NCBI GenBank assembly: GCA_963745075.1
Contig: CAVUWV010000028.1
Span: 156,530-220,529 of the forward strand
Source of the DNA: Candidatus Hydrogenedentota bacterium
GTDB lineage: Bacteria > Hydrogenedentota > Hydrogenedentia > Hydrogenedentales > SLHB01
Length of the DNA stretch: 64,000 nt
Reading direction: 5' to 3'
Shown: piece after piece, positions 19,064 through 28,161 of the stretch
How the letters are laid out: every line of letters starts with the position of its first letter
Position numbering within the stretch: position 1 is the stretch's first letter
Made by a program: the position numbers and the translations under genes
Notes under the pieces: generated by a model
Seen by the model: the letters and a program-made list of their open reading frames with translations, nothing else
Database searches by the model: none
What the model was told of the DNA's origin: nothing

Positions 19064-21250
19064 TTAGTAATGCAGGGCTCTGGCCAACACCCTCCGAACG
19101 TGCGGATTGTCTGGATACTTGGCTTGAAGGTAGCGTAGCGCGTCGAGGTAGTGTTCGCGTTCCTCGGCAAACACTGTGTGCATGGAGTTGGAAACTGCGG
19201 CACCTACTCCCGTGGCCAGTTGCGTCAGCACATGCATGTCGTCGGGGTGCTTTCTTTGAAGTTCGCCCAATTCGTTAAGGAGAACCGTACGCTGGTCTCG
19301 ATCGTCCTCCCGGATGGCCAGCTTGAGCGTGTTTAGCACGGCCGTGGCCAGGTCCTTGCGTATGCTGGCTTCTTCAGGATGAGCGCGCTGGATCCCGCGC
19401 AACAATTCGAGCAGACGCTCGCGCCGTTCGAGGTCGTTTTCCCGTCTGGTCCGGCTGAGGACTGTAGACAATCCCGAGATCAGTCGATCGCGTATCGTCG
19501 CGTCTGCGGGATGCGCCGTGTGCAGTTTGGCTAAGTTTTCGAGCATCGCGTCACAATACGGTATGGCGTCTTGCAGGAAGGCTTCGTTCACTACGTCGCT
19601 CAACGATGTCGCTAACGTAACGCGTACGCCTTCGTCGTCGGCACGGACCACGTTCAGCGTGCGAATCTCCTCGTTCAGTGCATCTCGCAGGGAATCATCG
19701 TATTGCCTCATCGCGGAAGCGAGGGCATTCAGCAATGCATCGAGCAGTTTTACCTGTGTCTGCGCGTCATCGGGATTGGCGCGGTGGAGGCCCCGCAATT
19801 CATCGAGGTGGCTGTCACTATCGGATTCCATCGCCGGTAGCGCGGGCGTTGCATTGTCCTTAGGGTACTGTCGCTTGAGGTTGTTCAGTTCATAGAGCAA
19901 GATACTGCATTGTGAAGCGTTGCCTTTTGACCGCGCGTAGTTAAGCGCGTCGGACAACGCATTCTCCAATTGGATACGCACGGATCTGTCCTCTGCGTGG
20001 TTCGCATGGAGGAATCGTAATTCCTGCAGATACGCATCGCGCCATTCATGGTCGCCATAGAATGAAGCCCGCCGGAGACTGTTGGCTAACGCTCGAGCAA
20101 AGTGCACGCGTATTCGCTCGTCCTGCGGGTCCTCCGTATGAACACTTCGCAACTCTCCGAGGAGTTCGTCGCGACGCAAGAGATCGTATTTCCAATTGGT
20201 GGCTTGGAGGGTGTTGAAAAGGGCCAAGGCAAGATACTCTTGTGCCTGAGCGTTCTTGGGGTGAGCAGCGTGCAGCTTTCGCAGTTCGTTCAGCAGAACC
20301 TCGCGACGCGCGACGTCATTCTCCCCAAAGGCGTGATGGAAGGCGCTGTACACCCCCTTGACAAACGCGTCGTGAACGTGGACGTTGTCGGGATAATCAA
20401 ATTGGAGGTTGCGCAATTCATTGAGATTGCCGTCGCGAACGTGGACGTCAACTTCTCCACCATTAGAATCAAGACTGCGCAACAATGCCGCCGCCAGTCT
20501 CTCGCGAACACCTGTATCCGAGGGATTTGCCTTATGACATACCCACAACTCTTGAACCTCGACCCGGCGGCGCATAAGCGCCTCCTCATGGCTATTCTCG
20601 GGTATTTCTCCGGTCTTAACACTCTGACCCCGGATTTTGACTATTCTCTTGGGATAGCGAGCAATCAATAGCTCCTTGACAAAGAGTTTGGAGGCCTCCT
20701 CTGCGTAGCCCGCGCCCGCCAATCCGTAGACTAGTTGTCTTTCAACGTAAGAATTTCCCGGAAAACGGGCATAGAGATCGCGTAGCTCTTGGAGTCGGAC
20801 CTCGATCTGCTCGCGATCAGAGTCTTTAATTGCGCTACATAAAATACGGGAAAGTGCCTTGACAAGCTTTCTGGCTATGTGTGCGTCCTTAGGATATTTA
20901 GCACTGAGTTCACGCAATTCATCGAGTAGAGCGTCGCGCCCTGTGAAGTCCTTCTCAAGATTGGCCACTAGGAGCATTTTGGAAAGTCCCATAGCCAATT
21001 GCTCGCGGACGCACGGGTCGTCAGGATAGGCATTATGCAGGTAGCGCAACTCGTTGAGCAGGTCATCGCTTTGTGTACTGTCGCCCGCTCCACAGACGTC
21101 GAAAAGCGTGCGCAACAACTCCACGGCCAGGCGGCCCCGTGCATCGGCGTCATCAGGCTGCTCCCGTTGCGCCCTCCGCAACGCGTCGAGTGCCTTGTCG
21201 TCGCGCTTTCCGGATTCGGGCTGCTCATCTGTCGAATCGGATGATGCCAA
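19064..21250 (-). CDS. Alpha-solenoid protein of about 13 tandem 44-aa repeats (TPR/HEAT-like)
   Basis: Recurring VRxxLAxALxxxL...RDxLLxELRxLHxxHPxD unit across 728 aa. Confidence 0.85.
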   Translation of the reverse strand: MASSDSTDEQPESGKRDDKALDALRRAQREQPDDADARGRLAVELLRTLFDVCGAGDSTQSDDLLNELRYLHNAYPDDPCVREQLAMGLSKMLLVANLEKDFTGRDALLDELRELSAKYPKDAHIARKLVKALSRILCSAIKDSDREQIEVRLQELRDLYARFPGNSYVERQLVYGLAGAGYAEEASKLFVKELLIARYPKRIVKIRGQSVKTGEIPENSHEEALMRRRVEVQELWVCHKANPSDTGVRERLAAALLRSLDSNGGEVDVHVRDGNLNELRNLQFDYPDNVHVHDAFVKGVYSAFHHAFGENDVARREVLLNELRKLHAAHPKNAQAQEYLALALFNTLQATNWKYDLLRRDELLGELRSVHTEDPQDERIRVHFARALANSLRRASFYGDHEWRDAYLQELRFLHANHAEDRSVRIQLENALSDALNYARSKGNASQCSILLYELNNLKRQYPKDNATPALPAMESDSDSHLDELRGLHRANPDDAQTQVKLLDALLNALASAMRQYDDSLRDALNEEIRTLNVVRADDEGVRVTLATSLSDVVNEAFLQDAIPYCDAMLENLAKLHTAHPADATIRDRLISGLSTVLSRTRRENDLERRERLLELLRGIQRAHPEEASIRKDLATAVLNTLKLAIREDDRDQRTVLLNELGELQRKHPDDMHVLTQLATGVGAAVSNSMHTVFAEEREHYLDALRYLQAKYPDNPHVRRVLARALHY

Positions 21251-21404
21251 AGGGCAAACCTCCAGCGCCGAAACTCATTGACACGTATCGGTAATCTACT
21301 ACGGGCTGTTGAGGGTGTCAAACTATCCGAACGTGAATACCGGTTTCCCTTGGTCCGATCCGAATCAGCTATGGCGTGGCGTTGCGCCATCCCGGCAATG
21401 GGGG

Positions 21405-21433
21405 TTGACAACGTTTGCGCCCTCTACTATAGT
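21405..21433 (+). promoter_or_regulatory. Sigma70-type promoter upstream of the DUF4331 gene
   Basis: TTGACA-N17-TATAGT. Confidence 0.65.
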
Positions 21434-21614
21434 CTCCGATTGCAGGGCTGTTTGATTCTTTGTTTTCTTGGTGGCGATTTCTTTGCGGCACGTTTCTATG
21501 GACATCCATGTATTGCCGGTGAAAAACACGCCACTTCGACGAGTAGTTGTGTAACTCTGAGATTCTGTTCCGGGACCGCGTGAGGACACGCAAACCAGAT
21601 GAAGGAGTACGCGC

Positions 21615-23205
21615 ATGAACTACGCCACACAGAGCCGCGCCAGGGGCAGGCACCGGTCTGCATTCCACACGATCGACGCGCAATCGGCCAATTGCAGACG
21701 TGCTGCACTGTTCACCGTGGCGCTCGCTTGCACTGCTCTCACGGCAATCCTGGGCGGCCGGGCCGAAGCATCCGGTCACGCCGAAGCGCCCCTGATCGCG
21801 CAAGACCCGCTGGCCGACGTCACCGACGTGTTCGCATTCATCGGCACGAAAGTCGACGAACCCGCGGTAAAGGTCCTCAACGTCATCGTGAACGTCAAGC
21901 CGTATTGTGATCCGGGAGCGGGCTCGATATACGATCGGTTCACAAACGATGCCCTGTACAGCATTCACATCTGCAACCCCACCTCCGGCAGGGAAGCGCG
22001 TCGCTACGACTTCAAGTTCTCCGACGTTAACCCAACCGGCTCGCCCGGCCTGAAAAATGACGATACCATTCTGTCGTACGGCCTTGGAACAGAACTCGGC
22101 GCCATCGTGGATGTCGGCGACGCGCGGCAGAACTTCACGCAGACCTACACCGTGCGGCGGCTCAATGGCATCATTCCCACGGTCATTGGCGACGGATTGT
22201 CGACGCCGCCGCCCAACGTCGGTCCCCGCGTTACCCCACTCTACAACGACGCCAATACGGGCAACGCGATTTCCGGCGCCACCACCTTCAACGAGTTGGA
22301 CAAATATACCCAGCAGACGATCCACAGCCTTGCTTCGGGTGAAGTGGTCTTCGCAGGACAACGCGACGACGCTTTCTACGCCGACATCCCGGGATTCTTC
22401 GACCTATTGGACCCGCGAGTTCAGGACAACGACATGGACCCGGGCGACGGATTTGGTCAAGACGGTGGCGGCGTGGACGGGTTCAAAGGCTACAACGTGC
22501 TCACCTACGCGATCCAGATTCCCGTCGATTCCCTGACCTCGTATTCCTACACGGCGCCCATCGACGGCCCGTCCAACGGCGTCGGCGTGTTTGCTTCGGT
22601 AAGCCGGCCGCGCTTGCTCGTGCGCCGCCCCCACGGGGTCCCGGCCTCGCTGGGGCGCTTCGTTCAGGTCAGCCGAATGGGCAACCCTCTGTTCAACCAA
22701 CTCTTCGTCGCACTGAAAGACAAGGACAACTACAACCTTACATCGCCGAGCCGGGGACGCCTCCGGGTTCGCCACGTACGCGCGCAACCCCGAACTCGTC
22801 TCACTCTTCAACCAGGTATTCAGTACCAACTTTGTCGAGCAAGGACGCACGGATTTGGAGCAACTGTTCATTCCGGACCTCCTCCGCGTCGACACCACCA
22901 CATCGCCGGTCCGATTGCCGGGACAGTCGGGATTCAGCCGGCTTGGCTTTATCGGCAATGACACCACCATGAACAGTGAAGGCGGTGCCATATCCAGCGG
23001 CTGGCCTAACGGGCGCCGCCTCGGCGACGATGTTGTGGACATTGCGCTATCGCTGCTGGCAAGCGGACCCGGCTACACCACCATCATGGAAATCGGGGAC
23101 AACGTCGCCGCAAACGATCAGATTTTCAATCAGGTCTTCCCCTACGCCGCTACGCCCCATTCCGGTCCCTACCACAGCAAAGACTCCGGCGTGAACGACA
23201 ATTAG
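21615..23205 (+). CDS. DUF4331 family exported protein, split by a probable sequencing indel near 22755
   Basis: SGHAEAP...DVTDVFAF, FAGQRDDAFY, QVSRMGNP in one frame; GWPNGRRLGDDVVDIAL in the next. Removing one G from GGGG at 22753-22756 joins them. Confidence 0.88.
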
Positions 23206-23229
23206 TCGACCTCGAGGCAGGGCGTGAGT

Positions 23230-23649
23230 CTACTCCACCGGCTCCTTAATCCGGTCCAGAATCCCATTGATAAACCGGGGGGCATCATCCGTGCCGAAGC
23301 GTTTGGCCACTTCGATGGCTTCGTTGATAGCGACGTTGCGCGGGACGTCGCCGGCGTATTGCATTTCCCAGAGGGCGACACGGAGGACGTTACGTTCGAC
23401 GTGTCCGATGCGGTCGGGGGACCAGGATTCGAGGTGGGCGGCGATGGTCGCGTCGAGGTCGGCGCGTTGGTCGACGACCCCCGCGATGAGTTTCTCGGCG
23501 TAGTCCCGCACGCCGGGGCGTGACGGATTGACCTTCCAGAAATCGGCGATAGCATCGTGCCAGTCGTAGGCCGTGAAATCGAGGCCGAACAAAAACTGGA
23601 CGGCGCGCTCGCGGGCACGCCGCCGTACCTGGGGACTAATCGCGCTCAC
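23230..23649 (-). CDS. nusB: Transcription antitermination factor NusB
   Basis: RRRARERAVQFLF, ERNVLRVA, AINEAIEVAKRF, FINGILD; located downstream of ribH. Confidence 0.97.
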   Translation of the reverse strand: MSAISPQVRRRARERAVQFLFGLDFTAYDWHDAIADFWKVNPSRPGVRDYAEKLIAGVVDQRADLDATIAAHLESWSPDRIGHVERNVLRVALWEMQYAGDVPRNVAINEAIEVAKRFGTDDAPRFINGILDRIKEPVE

Positions 23650-23715
23650 AACTGCTCCTTAGGACAACGCTCCGCACGCACGATTACACTTCCAGGCGCC
23701 ACTCTTGCCCGCAAG

Positions 23716-23877
23716 AACATCCCCCTTGATCCCCCTTCAAAGGGGGAGTTGTGCGTAACCATGGTTGCCGGCATATTCAGCGTAACGTTTTCCGAGGCCG
23801 AACCGACCCCGTTCTCTAGCACAACACGAAGTGTTGTGCCTGTTTTCCCCTTTTGAAGGGGGATCAAGGGGGATGTT
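23716..23877. repeat. REPIN/MITE-like element, copy 3 (opposite orientation)
   Basis: Same inverted ends; internal hairpin GCACAACACGAAGTGTTGTGC lies near the right end; 162 bp. Confidence 0.9.
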
Positions 23878-23959
23878 GTCTTGCGCCAAGGCATAAATGA
23901 TGCACCCCATGTCGCGCTAGGCCCAACTTCAAGTCGGCTATGTCGCAGCCTGTTGCCGC

Positions 23960-24424
23960 TCACAACTGTTCCATGAGATTGGCCATCTCGATGGCCGCCA
24001 TGGCCGCGTCGAATCCTTTGTTACCGGACTTGGTGCCCGCGCGTTCGATGGCCTGCTCGATGGTATCCGTCGTGAGGATTCCGAAGATGATCGGGATACC
24101 CGCGTCATAGGCGGCATGCGCGACGCCTTTCGCGGCCTCCCCGGCGACATAATCGAAATGGGACGTGCTGCCGCGGATGACCGCACCCAGCGCGATGATC
24201 GCGTCGTACTTCTTCGACTGGGCCATCTTCTTCGCGACCACGGGGATCTCGTAGGATCCCGGCGCCCACACGACGGCGATTTCCTTGTCCTCGACACCGT
24301 GCCGGGTCAACCCGTCGATGGCGCCGCCCAGCAGTTTCGACGAGATGAACTCGTTGAAGCGGGACACGACGATCCCGTACTTCTTCCCCTTCGATATCAG
24401 TTTGCCTTCAATGACCTTCGGCAT
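23960..24424 (-). CDS. ribH: 6,7-dimethyl-8-ribityllumazine synthase
   Basis: [38 protein letters not shown]. Confidence 0.98.
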   Translation of the reverse strand: MPKVIEGKLISKGKKYGIVVSRFNEFISSKLLGGAIDGLTRHGVEDKEIAVVWAPGSYEIPVVAKKMAQSKKYDAIIALGAVIRGSTSHFDYVAGEAAKGVAHAAYDAGIPIIFGILTTDTIEQAIERAGTKSGNKGFDAAMAAIEMANLMEQL

Positions 24425-24488
24425 GGTTTTGTTCTCCTCTCCGTACCTGTTCGTACGGCAACCGCCGCCAATTCAACATCACCCCCGT

Positions 24489-24571
24489 GGCCTAAAGGGC
24501 CGTAACATGGCAGCCCAAGGCAACGCCCTGGGTTCCGAGCCATATCCAAATCCCCCGAGCCCTGTAAGGGC
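24489..24571. repeat. Cluster of three short REP-like hairpins between ribBA and ribH
   Basis: GGCCTAAAGGGCC, GCCCAAGGCAACGCCCTGGGT and GCCCTGTAAGGGC. Confidence 0.6.
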
Positions 24572-24618
24572 GAAACAAGTATCCGGTCTACGGTCGCGAT
24601 TCCCCTTCCCACCGCCCG

Positions 24619-25812
24619 TCACGCGAGCAGGTGGCCCATCTTCTCCTTTTTTGTCCGGATGTAGCGCTCGTTGCGCGCGTTCGTGGGAATGATCAGAGGT
24701 ACCCGATCGGTCACGATGAGGCCGTGGGCCTCTAAACCGACCCGCTTGCTCGGGTTGTTGGTAATCAGGCGCATCCGTTTCACCCCGAGATCCGTGAGGA
24801 TCTGCGCTCCAATCCCGTATTCGCGCGGATCGGGCAGGAACCCGAGGTGCTCGTTGGCCTCAACCGTGTCCAACCCCCGGTCCTGCAATTCGTAGGCGCG
24901 GATCTTGTTCACCAGACCGATCCCCCGGCCCTCCTGCCGCATGTAGAGCAGCACCCCCTGACCTTCTTCGGCGATCATGCGCAACGACTCGTGCAACTGA
25001 TCACCACAATCGCACCGGTGCGAACCAAAGACGTTGCCGGTCAGACATTCCGAGTGAACGCGAACCAGGATATTGTCGTCGGGACCAAAATCGCCGTAGA
25101 CCATGGCGAGATGGTGGTAGTCGTCGATCTCGCTTTCGTACGCGACCAGCCGGAATTCGCCGAAGTCCGTCGGGATCATCGTTTCGGCCACGCGTTGCAC
25201 CAGCTTTTCGTGACGCCGCCGGTACTCGATGATGCTGGCCACCGAGCAGATCTTCAGCCGATGCGCTTCGGCAAACTTCGTCAATTCCGGCAGACGCGCC
25301 ATGGTCCCGTCCGCGCTCATGACCTCGCAGAGCACCGCTGAGGGATTCAGACCTGCGAGTCGCGCAAGGTCCAGCGAGCCCTCCGTCTGCCCGGCCCGGA
25401 CGAGGCTCCCACCCTCGCGTGCACACAGCGTTTGTACGTGGCCGGGTTGCACAAGGTCTTTCGCGGTAGATTTCGGGTCAACGGCAACACGGATGGTATG
25501 CGCGCGGTCCGGGGCGCTTATCCCCGTCGTAACACCTTCGGCTGCCTCAATGGGCGTATGAAACGCGGTCCCAAACCGCGACCGGTTATCCTTAGCAACC
25601 GGCACCAACCCGAGCTGGTCGATGCGCTCCTGGGTCAGGACCAGACAAACCAGTCCGCGGCCGTGGGTTACCATGAAATTGACGATCTCGGGGGTCGTCT
25701 TTTCCGCCGCACAGACCAAATCACCTTCGTTTTCGCGGTCCTCGTCATCGACCAGAATGATCATCCGGCCGGCCCGAAGTTCCTCGAACACTTCCTCTAC
25801 CGGGGCAAACAT
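24619..25812 (-). CDS. ribBA: Bifunctional DHBP synthase / GTP cyclohydrolase II
   Basis: DDEDRENEGD, TTGISAPDR, RVHSECLTG, RCDCG, QEGRGIGL. Confidence 0.98.
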   Translation of the reverse strand: MFAPVEEVFEELRAGRMIILVDDEDRENEGDLVCAAEKTTPEIVNFMVTHGRGLVCLVLTQERIDQLGLVPVAKDNRSRFGTAFHTPIEAAEGVTTGISAPDRAHTIRVAVDPKSTAKDLVQPGHVQTLCAREGGSLVRAGQTEGSLDLARLAGLNPSAVLCEVMSADGTMARLPELTKFAEAHRLKICSVASIIEYRRRHEKLVQRVAETMIPTDFGEFRLVAYESEIDDYHHLAMVYGDFGPDDNILVRVHSECLTGNVFGSHRCDCGDQLHESLRMIAEEGQGVLLYMRQEGRGIGLVNKIRAYELQDRGLDTVEANEHLGFLPDPREYGIGAQILTDLGVKRMRLITNNPSKRVGLEAHGLIVTDRVPLIIPTNARNERYIRTKKEKMGHLLA

Positions 25813-25884
25813 TTTCTAACTCCCATTCGTCGCAGATGTTCGTGGCGCGATCTCCTGTAGGTATGAAAACCGCTTCGCCTCGAG

Positions 25885-26046
25885 AACATCCCCCTTGATC
25901 CCCCTTCAAAGGGGGAAATATTTGCAACGCGTCGTGTTGCCGTCAACTCCTGTGAAGACCCACCGTTCAGATCAAAATCACCGTAAAAGTTCCAAAACCG
26001 AATTTCCGCAGAACTCCCCCTTTGAAGGGGGATCAAGGGGGATGTT
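25885..26046. repeat. REPIN/MITE-like element, copy 4
   Basis: Same inverted ends and internal hairpin GCAACGCGTCGTGTTGC; 162 bp. Confidence 0.9.
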
Positions 26047-26061
26047 TCTTCAACGTATGTA

Positions 26062-26700
26062 CTACGCAAACCCATGTTTCTTTAGCTTTTCCACTGTCAG
26101 TCCGCCGCGCGACATTTGTTTAATGTAATGAAAAATATGCTTCCCGAGCATGTCGGCTTCCATGTTTACTGAATCGCCCGGTTTCTTGCTCGAAAGCGTT
26201 GTCTTCTCGATGGTTGCGGGAATTATTGCCACACCGAACGTGTCGCCATGGGGTTCCACCACCGTTAAACTGATTCCGTTCACCGAGACGGATCCCTTGG
26301 GAACCAAGTACTTGGCGACCTCGGCCGGCGCCTGAAACCGCCACAGCGAGAACTCACCTTGGGGATGAACCGAGTGGACCCGCCCCACGCCATCGACGTG
26401 GCCCTGGACGAAGTGGCCGCCCATGCGGTCGCCGTAGGCTAAGGCGCGTTCGAGATTCACGGCGTCCCCGGGTTTCAGGGATCCCAGCGTCGTCCTCTCG
26501 ATGGTTTCCGGCGACATCTGGACCACGAAACTCTCCGCGTCGAACGACACGACCGTAAGACAGGCGCCGTCGATGGCGATGCTGTCGCCCTCTTTGACAC
26601 CATCCAGGACCGTTTTCGCCATGATGGTCATGTCTGCGCCGGAACGCCGGGACACCGCGCCAACTTCTTCGATAATTCCAGTAAACACGTCTACTTCCAC
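26062..26700 (-). CDS. ribE: Riboflavin synthase (alpha chain)
   Basis: FTGIIEE N-terminus (true start probably GTG at 26688), GDSIAIDGACLTV, GGHFVQGHVD, KGSVSVNGISLTV. Confidence 0.97.
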   Translation of the reverse strand: MEVDVFTGIIEEVGAVSRRSGADMTIMAKTVLDGVKEGDSIAIDGACLTVVSFDAESFVVQMSPETIERTTLGSLKPGDAVNLERALAYGDRMGGHFVQGHVDGVGRVHSVHPQGEFSLWRFQAPAEVAKYLVPKGSVSVNGISLTVVEPHGDTFGVAIIPATIEKTTLSSKKPGDSVNMEADMLGKHIFHYIKQMSRGGLTVEKLKKHGFA

Positions 26701-27828
26701 CTACGCGTCGGGTAAAACATTCTTTACGTACGCTTCAATCAGGATGTCCTCGCCAACCGGTCGGGCGGTCATCGTCTCCAAATGGACCACATCCACCATA
26801 CGTTTAGCGCCTTCGCCTTCAACCGCGGTCACCGCGTCGTGACCACCGATGATCTTCGGAGCGACGAAGAACATGACCTTGTCGACGATACCCGTCTCAA
26901 AGGCCGACGCCAGCGTGGTCCCGCCGCCTTCGATAAGCACCGTGACAATCTCGCGGGCGGCCAGTTCTTTCATCAGCAACTCAAGATCGAGGCCGCCTTT
27001 GCCCGCAGGAATGCGCAAGACCTCGTCCGCGCCGGTGAAATCCCGGTCGTCCGGTACCGCGACCCAGGTTGGAGACTGGCTACCGTGTTTGAAGACGCGC
27101 CGGTCCGCGTCCAGGTATTCGGCCGCATCGACGATAATGCGGACCGGATCGCGCACATCCTTGTCGTCCAACCGCGTGTTCAGACTTGGGTCGTCCATCA
27201 TAACTGTGCGGCTGCCCACAAGGATGGCATCCACTTCATTGCGGAGTTCGTGAACCATGCGGCGCGATGCCTCGCCGGTAACCCATTTGGAGTCCCCCGT
27301 ATGGGTAGCGATCTTGCCGTCCAACGACATACCGCACTTCGCGATAACGAAGGGCATTCCACGGGTGATGTACTTGAAGAAGGCCTCGTTCAACGTGCGG
27401 GCTTCGTCTTCGAGCAGCCCGACATCCACGTCGATCCCCGCCTGACGCAGCTGGAAAATACCCTCGCCGCAGACCTTGGGATTGGGATCGTGCAGGGCCA
27501 CGACGATGCGTGCCGGCTTGTGCTCGATGAGGAAGTCGGTGCAGGCTGGGGTCCGGCCCTGGTAACAGCAGGGTTCGAGGGTCACGTACAGGGTTGTACC
27601 CTCGACATCGCCCCCGGCGGCGCGAACGGCGTTGACCTCTGCGTGGGGAGCACCGGCCCGTTCGTGGTAACCTTCCCCGACGATCCGGCCGTCACGCACC
27701 ACAACACAGCCCACCACGGGGTTTGGACTGGTACGGCCCTTGCCCCGTGCGGCCAATTCGAGGGCACGGCGCATGTACGCCACGTCCTTCTGGGTCGGCT
27801 CGGCGGCCGGTGTTGCATGTTTCGACAT
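26701..27828 (-). CDS. ribD: Bifunctional riboflavin deaminase/reductase
   Basis: PNPVVGCV, PHAE, VTLEPCC, SLDGKIA, IEGGG. ATG at 27828; the track's upstream extension runs through the riboswitch. Confidence 0.97.
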   Translation of the reverse strand: MSKHATPAAEPTQKDVAYMRRALELAARGKGRTSPNPVVGCVVVRDGRIVGEGYHERAGAPHAEVNAVRAAGGDVEGTTLYVTLEPCCYQGRTPACTDFLIEHKPARIVVALHDPNPKVCGEGIFQLRQAGIDVDVGLLEDEARTLNEAFFKYITRGMPFVIAKCGMSLDGKIATHTGDSKWVTGEASRRMVHELRNEVDAILVGSRTVMMDDPSLNTRLDDKDVRDPVRIIVDAAEYLDADRRVFKHGSQSPTWVAVPDDRDFTGADEVLRIPAGKGGLDLELLMKELAAREIVTVLIEGGGTTLASAFETGIVDKVMFFVAPKIIGGHDAVTAVEGEGAKRMVDVVHLETMTARPVGEDILIEAYVKNVLPDA

Positions 27829-27933
27829 AAAATTGTCCCGATAGGCATACAACACCTTCGGGACATGCAGACGCATCGGCCAGATGCAGCTGTACCGGTC
27901 TCCCGGGCACACCGCACATAGGCGAGTACGCCA

Positions 27934-28047
27934 CACCTTCTCCCATCCGGACTGTACCGTCGGCACCGGAATTTCACCGGTTCCTGCGCGTATCCGCGCT
28001 CGCGGGCTGTAACCGCCGGTCGGGAATTTCACCCTGCCCCGAAGGTG
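27934..28047 (-). ncRNA. FMN riboswitch (RFN element)
   Basis: Minus strand reads CACCTTCGGGGCAGGGTGAAATTCCCGACCGGCGGT...AGCCCGCGAGC...CCGGTGAAATTCCGGTGCCGACGGTACAGTCCGGATGGGAGAAGGTG, the RFN consensus, directly upstream of ribD. Confidence 0.97.
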
Positions 28048-28072
28048 CTCTCACTAAAACTCTTCTAAGTTA

Positions 28073-28101
28073 ATGATAGCCAACGCGGAACGCAATGTCA
28101 A
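28073..28101 (-). promoter_or_regulatory. Sigma70-type promoter of the rib operon
   Basis: Minus strand TTGACA-N17-TATCAT, about 25 nt upstream of the riboswitch. Confidence 0.75.
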
Positions 28102-28161
28102 TTCAATCGTGGAATTGCCGACAGGTACCGATGCGGTCCGTAATTCACGAAAAAGCAGCCA

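Noticed and set aside
9344..26046. The CCCCCTT...AAGGGGG repeats as a CRISPR array
   Set aside because: They occur as dispersed inverted pairs, not tandem direct repeats with spacers, and no cas genes are present.
17179..26128. Short ORFs sharing NIPLDPPSKGE / SPFEGGSRGM peptides (17179, 23557, 23646, 25745, 25797, 25895)
   Set aside because: These are translations of the repeat element in different frames, not a protein family.
27829..28032. N-terminal extension of RibD in the ORF track
   Set aside because: It runs through the FMN riboswitch; the ATG at 27828 fits homologue length and the RBS hairpin.
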